Shown: positions 1 through 7,367 of the stretch, in pieces | Layout of the letters: each line of letters starts with the position of its first letter | How positions within the stretch are numbered: the stretch's first letter is position 1 | Assembly (NCBI GenBank): GCA_040752695.1 | Contig: JBFMGO010000138.1 | Location: 1 to 13,897 of the forward strand | Length of the DNA stretch: 13,897 nt | Reading direction: 5' to 3' | Origin: a bacterium | GTDB taxonomy: Bacteria; SZUA-182; DTGQ01 | The notes under the pieces: model-generated | Told to the model about the DNA's origin: nothing | What the model saw: only the letters and a program-made list of their open reading frames with translations | The model's database searches: none | Translations under genes and position numbers: made by a program

Positions 1-101
1 CTCGTAATCGCAGATGTCAGGGTCGTCTTCCCATGATCAACATGCCCTATGGTCCCTATATTTACATGCGGTTTCGTCCTCTCATACTTCTCTTTTGCCA
101 T
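1..101 (-). CDS. tuf: Elongation factor Tu, N-terminal part (runs off the window)
   Basis: Manual translation from ATG at 101 gives [33 protein letters not shown], with the EF-Tu P-loop [15 protein letters not shown] at 111-115. Follows fusA. Too short for the ORF track. Confidence 0.98.
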   Translation of the reverse strand, partial: MAKEKYERTKPHVNIGTIGHVDHGKTTLTSAIT

Positions 102-110
102 GCCTTGGTT

Positions 111-115
111 CCTCC
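111..115 (-). promoter_or_regulatory. Shine-Dalgarno site of tuf (GGAGG)
   Basis: Minus strand GGAGG-aaccaaggc-ATG, 9-nt spacing. A second AAGGAG lies at 121-126. Confidence 0.85.
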
Positions 116-160
116 AATTTCTCCTTTTTCATTATTAACTCGCCAATGGAGCTCATCATC

Positions 161-182
161 TCACTTTTTGGTCACTTTTTGG
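161..182. repeat. Perfect 11-bp tandem direct repeat (TCACTTTTTGG x2) in the fusA-tuf spacer
   Basis: Positions 161-171 and 172-182 are identical. Confidence 0.9.
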
Positions 183-197
183 GGATTTAAAAGGTAG

Positions 198-2282
198 TCA
201 ATACCCATAAATCCTTGCCAGTATCTGCTCGGAGATAGTATTCGGCACTTCATCATACGCTTTGAATTCCATCGTAAAGGTGCCCCTCCCCTGAGTCATC
301 GATCGAAGACTCGTTGAATAACCAAACATCTCCGCTAAGGGGATTTTGGCTATGATCGTCTGAATGCCGCTCTTTGACCCCAGATTTTCAATCCTGCCAC
401 GCCGGGCATTCACATCTCCGATCACCTCTCCCATATATTCTTCAGGAACGATAATTTCAACTTGCATTACCGGCTCCAGCAAAGCGGCCTCAGCCTGCTT
501 GGCTGCATTTTGAAAGGCCATGACAGCAGCTATCTTGAAAGCAATATCAGAAGAATCCACCTCATGAAAAGATCCATCAAGAAGAATCGCTTTTATATCC
601 ACCATCGGATACCCAGCCACAACTCCGGTTTCCATTGCCTGCCGTATTCCCTCACTAATAGCCGGAATAAATTCTTTTGGGATAACTCCTCCGATAAGAA
701 CGTTTTCAAACTCAAATCCACTCCCGCGCAAGCTGGGCTCAATGGCTATCTTTACATGACCGTACTGTCCACGGCCACCGGTTTGCCGGACAAATTTAGC
801 CTCGCCCTCACTCTTTTTCCGAATCGTTTCCTTATAGGCAACCTGAGGCTTACCAATATTCGCCTGTACCTTAAATTCCCGGAGCATTCGTTCGGTTATG
901 ATTTCAAGGTGCAACTCTCCCATCCCTGAAATAATCGTCTGACCGGTTTCACTATCGACATGCACCTTGAATGTTGGATCCTCCTGGGCCAGCTTATAAA
1001 GAGTGGAAGAAAGTTTTTCCTGATCAGCCTTTGTCCTCGGCTCGATGGCTACATAGATGACTGGTTCAGGAAACTCCATTCTCTCTAGAATAATTGGTTC
1101 TTTTTCATCACAAAGGGTGTCTCCGGTCCCTGTTTTTTTTAAACCAACCGCTGCAGCAATATCCCCGGTGGAAACTTGAGGGACATCTTCCCATTTATTC
1201 GCGTGCACATGCAACAGCCGACCTATTCGTTCACGGCAGTCCTTATTCGCATTATATATATACGATCCACTCTGCACACTTCCTGAATACACCCGAAAGA
1301 AAATCAACTGCCCTACAAAAGGATCATTCCAGACCTTAAAAGCGAGTGCAGCCATGGGCTCTTTCTCGGATGTCTCTCTTTTCTCTTTCTGATTCGTTTT
1401 TATATTCAGCCCTTCTATTGCCGGGACATCGACCGGAGCAGGCAGATAATCGACAATAGCATCCAAGAGTGGCTGAACTCCTTTGTTTTTAAAAGCTGAA
1501 CCACAAAGCACCGGTATAAGAGCCAGACTTAAGGTTGCTTTTCTTATTCCATTTCGAATTTCAGCTTCGCTTAAATCACCCGATTCCAGATACTTCTCCA
1601 TGAGTACTTCATCTTCTTCAGCAACTGCTTCGAGCAGTTTATTCCGATATTCAAGGGCCGGTTCCATATGCTCTTTTGGAATCACATCATCACGATACGT
1701 CGCTCCCAATTCATCCGTATCGTAAATAATGGCCCGCATTTTGACCAGATCCACCACACCCCGGAATTCACTCTCTTTGCCAAGAGGAATCTGTAAAAGT
1801 ATGGTCTTTGCATGCAGTTTCGTCCCTATCGAATCTACACTGGCAAAAAAATCGGCTCCAATCCGGTCCATTTTATTGATGAAGGCTATCCTTGGTACGT
1901 GATATCGCTCCGCCTGCCGCCAGACAGTTTCCGTCTGTGGCTGCACTCCACTTACGCCACACACCACGGCGATCGCTCCATCCAGGACTCTCAGACAACG
2001 CTCGACTTCTGCTGTAAAATCCACATGGCCTGGAGTATCGATAATATTGATACGATGATCTCGCCAGGAGCAGGTTGTTGCTGCTGAGGTAATAGTTATT
2101 CCCCTCTCTCGCTCCTGCTCCATCCAGTCCATTTCCGTTGAACCCTCATCCACTTCGCCTATCTTGTAGGTAATACCGGTATAATACAGTATCCGTTCAG
2201 TAGTCGTCGTTTTCCCAGCGTCAATATGGGCCATGATACCAATATTTCTTATCTTCTGGAGAGGAAACTTTTTAATAGACAC
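198..2282 (-). CDS. fusA: Elongation factor G (about 694 aa; start uncertain: GTG 2282 preferred, GTG 2291 or ATT 2276 possible)
   Basis: Motifs [56 protein letters not shown] and GSFHEVDSS. Located between rpsG and tuf. Confidence 0.98.
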   Translation of the reverse strand: MSIKKFPLQKIRNIGIMAHIDAGKTTTTERILYYTGITYKIGEVDEGSTEMDWMEQERERGITITSAATTCSWRDHRINIIDTPGHVDFTAEVERCLRVLDGAIAVVCGVSGVQPQTETVWRQAERYHVPRIAFINKMDRIGADFFASVDSIGTKLHAKTILLQIPLGKESEFRGVVDLVKMRAIIYDTDELGATYRDDVIPKEHMEPALEYRNKLLEAVAEEDEVLMEKYLESGDLSEAEIRNGIRKATLSLALIPVLCGSAFKNKGVQPLLDAIVDYLPAPVDVPAIEGLNIKTNQKEKRETSEKEPMAALAFKVWNDPFVGQLIFFRVYSGSVQSGSYIYNANKDCRERIGRLLHVHANKWEDVPQVSTGDIAAAVGLKKTGTGDTLCDEKEPIILERMEFPEPVIYVAIEPRTKADQEKLSSTLYKLAQEDPTFKVHVDSETGQTIISGMGELHLEIITERMLREFKVQANIGKPQVAYKETIRKKSEGEAKFVRQTGGRGQYGHVKIAIEPSLRGSGFEFENVLIGGVIPKEFIPAISEGIRQAMETGVVAGYPMVDIKAILLDGSFHEVDSSDIAFKIAAVMAFQNAAKQAEAALLEPVMQVEIIVPEEYMGEVIGDVNARRGRIENLGSKSGIQTIIAKIPLAEMFGYSTSLRSMTQGRGTFTMEFKAYDEVPNTISEQILARIYGY

Positions 2283-2291
2283 CCTCCACAC

Positions 2292-2762
2292 CTACCATTT
2301 ATAATGAGCAAAGGCCCTATTCGCTTCAGCCATTTTATGGGTATCTTCCCGTTTCTTTGCAGAAGCTCCCTTACCACTGGCTGCATCCAGCAATTCGCCT
2401 GCCAGCGCTTCTCTCATATTCTTTTCATTCCGCTTTTTGGAAAAGTCCACAATCCATCGAATAGCCAGGCTTACCCGCCTCTCCGGTCGAATTTCAACCG
2501 GTACCTGATAGGTTGAACCGCCAACACGTCTGGACTTTACTTCGATAATTGGTTTAACATTACTCAGAGCCTGCTTAAAGGTCTGCATGGGTTCCTGGTT
2601 TGTTCTTTTCTGGATAACATCCATTGCCCCATAAAAAATTTTCTCGGCGGTACTCTTTTTACCCTGTTTCATGAGTGTGTTAATGAATTTGGTAACTAAC
2701 ACCTCATTATATCGGATATCAGGTAATGATTCTCTTTTAGATATGATCCCTCTTCTCGGCAT
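2292..2762 (-). CDS. rpsG: 30S ribosomal protein S7
   Basis: MPRRG...EVKSRRVGGSTYQVPVEI...MAEANRAFAHYKW. SD AGGAG at 2773-2777 overlaps the rpsL stop codon. Confidence 0.99.
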   Translation of the reverse strand: MPRRGIISKRESLPDIRYNEVLVTKFINTLMKQGKKSTAEKIFYGAMDVIQKRTNQEPMQTFKQALSNVKPIIEVKSRRVGGSTYQVPVEIRPERRVSLAIRWIVDFSKKRNEKNMREALAGELLDAASGKGASAKKREDTHKMAEANRAFAHYKW

Positions 2763-2775
2763 ACAAATCTAACTC

Positions 2776-3147
2776 CTATTTCGGTGTCTTGGCCCCATAC
2801 CTGGACCGGCTTTTTTTCCTATCCTGTACCCCGACCGTATCCAGAGCTCCACGAACAATATGATACCGGACACCTGGCAGGTCTTTAACCCTTCCTCCAC
2901 GAAGGAGAATAATTGAGTGCTCTTGCAGATTGTGCCCAATTCCGGGTATATAACCGGTAACTTCCTTTCCACTGGTCAGTCTGATCCTGGCCACTTTTCG
3001 TAAAGCTGAGTTTGGCTTCTTGGGCGTAACCGTGTAAACCCTTAAACAAACTCCACGCTTCTGCGGACAAGAATCCAAGGCAGGAGCCGACTTTTTCTTC
3101 TGAACTTTCTTTCGACCCTTTCTCACCAGTTGATTAATTGTTGGCAT
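2776..3147 (-). CDS. rpsL: 30S ribosomal protein S12
   Basis: [34 protein letters not shown]. Both streptomycin-relevant lysines are wild type. Confidence 0.99.
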   Translation of the reverse strand: MPTINQLVRKGRKKVQKKKSAPALDSCPQKRGVCLRVYTVTPKKPNSALRKVARIRLTSGKEVTGYIPGIGHNLQEHSIILLRGGRVKDLPGVRYHIVRGALDTVGVQDRKKSRSRYGAKTPK

Positions 3148-3192
3148 GCTTCCTTTCCCTTCCTTACAATGGTTATATACAAAAGAGCTCGA

Positions 3193-3221
3193 ATTCTACT
3201 ATAATATTAACCGGTTGTCAA
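3193..3221 (-). promoter_or_regulatory. Sigma70-type promoter for the str operon (TTGACA-N17-TAGAAT)
   Basis: -35 TTGACA at 3221-3216, inside the last rpoC codons; 17-nt spacer; -10 TAGAAT at 3198-3193. An A-tract lies just upstream of the -35. Confidence 0.85.
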
Positions 3222-6200
3222 TACTTTTTTATCCTCCAACTCAATCTCCGGCTCTTCAACAATACTATCCTTACTTTCCTTTTCAGGCTCAACAGTGACG
3301 CTCCGATAAGTCCTCAAGCCCGTACCGGCTGGAATTAGCCGCCCGACAATGACGTTCTCCTTCAGACCTCTCAATTCGTCAATTTTTCCACATACGCTTG
3401 CTTCAGTCAAAACTCGAGTCATCTCTTGAAATGAAGCTGCAGAGATGAAGCTTTCAGTACTTAGTGATGCCTTGGTAATACCCAAAAGCAATGGTTTTCC
3501 CGTACTGGGTCTTAAGCCCATCGCCTTGACTCTCTCATTTTCCTCAAGAAAACGGAAGCGGTCAACCTGCTCTCCAATGATGAATTCCGTATCTCCGACA
3601 TCTTCTATTTTAACCCACCGCAGCATCTGACGAACAATCACTTCAATGTGCTTATCATTAATATTAACCCCTTGCAGCCGGTAAACCTCCTGCACCTCGT
3701 TCACCAGGTATTTTTGTAACTCTTTATCGCCAAGCACCCGTAAGATATCATGCGGATTAGGCGAACCGTCCATGAGAGGCTCACCTGCCTTAACCCTGTC
3801 ACCATCGTGAACATTGATGTGTTTTCCACGGGGAATGAGGTATTCCTCTTCGACGCCCATGTCGTTCTTTACGTAAACCTTACGCATCCCCTTAACGACG
3901 CCACCCAATCGTACCTCACCGTCGATTTCGGCGATCGTTGCATGCTCTTTGGGTTTTCGTGCCTCGAATAATTCAGCTACTCGCGGCAAACCACCGGTGA
4001 TATCCTTTGTCTTGGTAGTCTCACGGGGGATTTTGGCAATAAGATCGCCGGGGAAGACTTTGGCCGAATCCTGAGCCATCAAGTGTGCCTGTGCAGGTAA
4101 CAGGTATGTGGCCAGTACTTTGTTGCTGGCTTCATCTTTAATATGAACACGCGGCTGACGCTTTTCATCCTGATGCTCAATGATAACTTTTTGAGAAAGT
4201 CCCGTTACCTCGTCAACCTCCTCACTCATCGTGATTCCTTCAACCACGTCCCGGTAGTTGAGCTTTCCTTCCACCTCTGTCAGAATGGGGATAGTGTAAG
4301 GATCCCACTCAACAATGCTTTGGTCGCTTTCGACCCTTTGTCCCTCACTGGCCTTTAAGGTTGCTCCGTAGACAACCGGATATCTCTCCCGCTCTCTTCC
4401 AGTCTCATCCTGAATACCAATGCTGCCGTTGCGGTTCATGACGACCAGGTACCCTTCTTTATTCCTGACCGTATTGATATTGTGAAACTTAACAATACCT
4501 GCATTCTTTGCCTTCAGAGTGGTTTGCTCGACAATCCTGCTGGCCGTCCCACCAATGTGGAAGGTTCTCATGGTCAACTGGGTACCGGGCTCTCCAATGG
4601 ACTGAGCAGCAATTACTCCAACGGCTTCTCCTAATTCCACCAATTGTCCGGTGGACAGGTTGCGGCCGTAGCATTTGGCACACACACCTCGTTTTGCCTC
4701 GCAGGTCAATACGGAGCGGATTTTTACCTTCTTAATGCCGGAATTCTCAATCTCGGCAGCTATTTCCTCAGTAATTTCTGCATTGGCATCAACCAGTAAG
4801 TCATTGGTAATAGGATCACGGATCTCTTCCAGGGCCACCCGGCCCAGGATTCGATCTCGAATGGAAGCAATAAGCTCGCCTCCCTCAACGATCGGAGTTA
4901 CCATGATTCCATCGATGGTTCTGCAGTCCTCCTCGGTAATGATTACATCCTGGGCCACATCAACCAATCGCCTGGTGAGATACCCTGAATCTGCGGTTTT
5001 CAGGGCAGTATCAGCTAGTCCCTTTCGAGCACCATGGGTGGAGATAAAATATTGTAAAACGGTCAGCCCTTCCCGAAAGTTTGCGGTAATCGGAGTTTCG
5101 ATAATCTCTCCTGAGGGTTTGGCCATCAGCCCGCGCATTCCGGCCAACTGTCTGATCTGCTGTTTACTTCCTCTGGCGCCTGAGTCGGCCATCATGTAAA
5201 TAGGATTGAACTCACTGTTATCCGATTTATCAATTGCCGCTGAGAGGATTTCATTTTCAAGCTCCGTAAACATCTCATCCGAAACCTGTTCGGTGACTCT
5301 GGACCAAATATCAACTACCTTATTATACCTTTCCCCATCGGTGATAATCCCGTCAAGGTACTGCTGTTCCACCTCGATGACTTCTTTTTCAGCCCGTCCG
5401 ATCAATTCATCCTTACGTGAGGGAATCTTCATATCGTCTATCGAGATCGATACTCCAGCCTTGGTTGCATATCGAAAGCCCAGCTCTTTCAGATCATCCA
5501 GAAGCCGGAGAACTTCTTCATGATCACACTGGCGCACACAGGTTCCAATGAGCTTGGTCAATTCCTTTTTGTTGAGCACCCTGTTTACGAAGGGCATGCT
5601 CTTTGGCAGAATCTCATTAAAAATGACTCTGCCTACCGTTGTCTCGATGATCTTGCTATTCAATCGAATCCGTATTCTCTCCTGCAGATCGATCTGACCG
5701 CACTCATAGGCAATGACCACTTCATTGCTATTGGAAAAGAGTTTTTTCTCTTCCTTTTGCCTTTTTCCTTCTTTCGTCAAATAATAACATCCTAAAACGA
5801 TATCCTGGGTTGGAACCGTGAGAGGATCGCCATTAGCCGGTGACAGGATATTATTGCTCGACATCATGAGTATGCGCGCCTCTGCCTGCGCTTCCACTGA
5901 CAGAGGGATATGCACAGCCATCTGGTCCCCATCGAAGTCAGCGTTAAAAGCAGCGCAAACCAAAGGATGTATGCGAATGGCCTTCCCCTCGACCAGGAGG
6001 GGTTCAAAAGCCTGAATACCCAACCGGTGCAGGGTCGGTGCGCGGTTTAAAAGGACAGGATGTTCCGACACAACCTCTTCCAGGATCTCCCAGATTTCAT
6101 CCTTTTCTTTTTCTACCATCTTCTTGGCACTTTTTATGGTAGTAACATACCCTTTTTCTTCGAGCTTGTGGTAAATAAAAGGTTTGAATAATTCAAGAGC

Positions 6201-7316
6201 CATTTTCTTCGGCAGCCCGCATTGATGAAGTTTAAGCTGCGGATCAACTACAATCACCGAACGGCCTGAGTAATCAACTCGTTTACCAAGGAGATTTTGA
6301 CGAAATCGTCCCTGTTTTCCTTTCAGCATATCGCTCAAGGATTTTAAGGGCCGGTTGTTTGGCCCCCGCAGTACCCGCCCCCTTCGGCCATTGTCAAACA
6401 GGGCATCGACCGATTCTTGGAGCATCCTTTTTTCATTTCTGATAATAACCTCCGGAGCCCGAAGTTCTTGAAGCCGTTTCAGCCGGTTATTCCTGTTTAT
6501 AACCCGCCGGTACAGGTCATTCAGGTCAGAGGTGGCAAACCGCCCTCCATCAAGCGGTACCAAGGGCCGCAACTCAGGAGGGATTACCGGAATCACGTCC
6601 AGAATCATCCACTCCGGTTTATTGCCGGAGTGCAGGAATGCTTCGACCACTCTTAACCGCTTGGCCACTTTTTTCTGCTGTTGAGCGGAAGTCGTCGTTT
6701 TCATTTCTTCTCTCAAGTCCTGAGCCAGTTTTTCAAGGTCAAGCTGCTTGAGGAGTTCCTTGATGGCCTCAGCTCCCATACCCGCATTGACGCGATCACC
6801 GAATTCCTCTATGCATCGTCGGTACTTCTCTTCGGTCAACAGCTCATGCCTTTGCAGCGGTGTATCCCCTGGATCAATAACCACATAGGCTTCGAAATAG
6901 AGGATTTTTTCAAGTTCACGTAAGGTCATATCCAGCAAATGGCCGATCCTGCTCGGTAATCCCTTGAAAAACCACACATGAGATACGGGACATGCAAGTT
7001 CGATATGGCCCAGCCGCTCTCTGCGCACCTTCGATTGGATTACTTCAACCCCGCATTTATCACAGACCACTCCCCGGTGCTTCATGCGCTTGTATTTTCC
7101 GCAGTTGCACTCCCAGTCTTTGGTTGGGCCAAAGATTTTGGCACAAAACAGGCCATCTTTTTCGGGTTTGAAGGTTCGATAATTAATTGTCTCCGGTTTT
7201 TTGACTTCACCATGAGACCATGACCTGATCTTGTCAGGCGAGGCAATCCCGATTTTAATAAAATCAAACTCAACCCGATCCGATTTTCTTTCGGTAAAAC
7301 TTCTAAAAGTCCTCAA
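3207..7316 (-). CDS. rpoC: DNA-directed RNA polymerase subunit beta' (1369 aa, TTG start)
   Basis: Catalytic NADFDGD, N-terminal Zn ribbon (CNCGKYK...CDKC), second Zn site, bridge helix [17 protein letters not shown], trigger loop TQLTMRTFH with about 180-aa SI3 insert. SD AAGGAGG at 7324-7330, 7 nt before TTG. Confidence 0.99.
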   Translation of the reverse strand: MRTFRSFTERKSDRVEFDFIKIGIASPDKIRSWSHGEVKKPETINYRTFKPEKDGLFCAKIFGPTKDWECNCGKYKRMKHRGVVCDKCGVEVIQSKVRRERLGHIELACPVSHVWFFKGLPSRIGHLLDMTLRELEKILYFEAYVVIDPGDTPLQRHELLTEEKYRRCIEEFGDRVNAGMGAEAIKELLKQLDLEKLAQDLREEMKTTTSAQQQKKVAKRLRVVEAFLHSGNKPEWMILDVIPVIPPELRPLVPLDGGRFATSDLNDLYRRVINRNNRLKRLQELRAPEVIIRNEKRMLQESVDALFDNGRRGRVLRGPNNRPLKSLSDMLKGKQGRFRQNLLGKRVDYSGRSVIVVDPQLKLHQCGLPKKMALELFKPFIYHKLEEKGYVTTIKSAKKMVEKEKDEIWEILEEVVSEHPVLLNRAPTLHRLGIQAFEPLLVEGKAIRIHPLVCAAFNADFDGDQMAVHIPLSVEAQAEARILMMSSNNILSPANGDPLTVPTQDIVLGCYYLTKEGKRQKEEKKLFSNSNEVVIAYECGQIDLQERIRIRLNSKIIETTVGRVIFNEILPKSMPFVNRVLNKKELTKLIGTCVRQCDHEEVLRLLDDLKELGFRYATKAGVSISIDDMKIPSRKDELIGRAEKEVIEVEQQYLDGIITDGERYNKVVDIWSRVTEQVSDEMFTELENEILSAAIDKSDNSEFNPIYMMADSGARGSKQQIRQLAGMRGLMAKPSGEIIETPITANFREGLTVLQYFISTHGARKGLADTALKTADSGYLTRRLVDVAQDVIITEEDCRTIDGIMVTPIVEGGELIASIRDRILGRVALEEIRDPITNDLLVDANAEITEEIAAEIENSGIKKVKIRSVLTCEAKRGVCAKCYGRNLSTGQLVELGEAVGVIAAQSIGEPGTQLTMRTFHIGGTASRIVEQTTLKAKNAGIVKFHNINTVRNKEGYLVVMNRNGSIGIQDETGRERERYPVVYGATLKASEGQRVESDQSIVEWDPYTIPILTEVEGKLNYRDVVEGITMSEEVDEVTGLSQKVIIEHQDEKRQPRVHIKDEASNKVLATYLLPAQAHLMAQDSAKVFPGDLIAKIPRETTKTKDITGGLPRVAELFEARKPKEHATIAEIDGEVRLGGVVKGMRKVYVKNDMGVEEEYLIPRGKHINVHDGDRVKAGEPLMDGSPNPHDILRVLGDKELQKYLVNEVQEVYRLQGVNINDKHIEVIVRQMLRWVKIEDVGDTEFIIGEQVDRFRFLEENERVKAMGLRPSTGKPLLLGITKASLSTESFISAASFQEMTRVLTEASVCGKIDELRGLKENVIVGRLIPAGTGLRTYRSVTVEPEKESKDSIVEEPEIELEDKKVLTTG

Positions 7317-7330
7317 GGAGTCCCCTCCTT
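7315..7330 (-). promoter_or_regulatory. rpoC ribosome-binding site inside a 6-bp GNRA hairpin (AAGGAG-GGGA-CUCCUU)
   Basis: Perfect inverted repeat 7315-7320 / 7325-7330 with a GGGA loop on the mRNA strand. Covers the SD and the first two bases of TTG. Confidence 0.65.
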
Positions 7331-7367
7331 TAGAGTATATAATATATAATATGCAACCATTATTTTT

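Noticed and set aside
82..159. 25-codon minus-strand ORF ([25 protein letters not shown]) overlapping the tuf start out of frame
   Set aside because: No convincing SD and no recognisable motif. Purine-rich leaders readily give short open frames.
2776..3147. Possible streptomycin-resistance allele of rpsL
   Set aside because: The PKKPNS and RVKDLPG motifs are wild type.
3185..3196. GAATTCGAGCTC (EcoRI-SacI) on the minus strand, identical to the start of the pUC polylinker
   Set aside because: The match does not continue into GGTACC and overlaps the natural -10 element. Flanking genes are in normal order, so this is chance rather than vector contamination.
7336..7352. 7-bp tandem repeat giving two plus-strand TATAAT boxes (7338-7343, 7345-7350), a possible antisense promoter into rpoB
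   Set aside because: No -35 or extended -10 TG at suitable spacing. Low-complexity AT sequence explains it.
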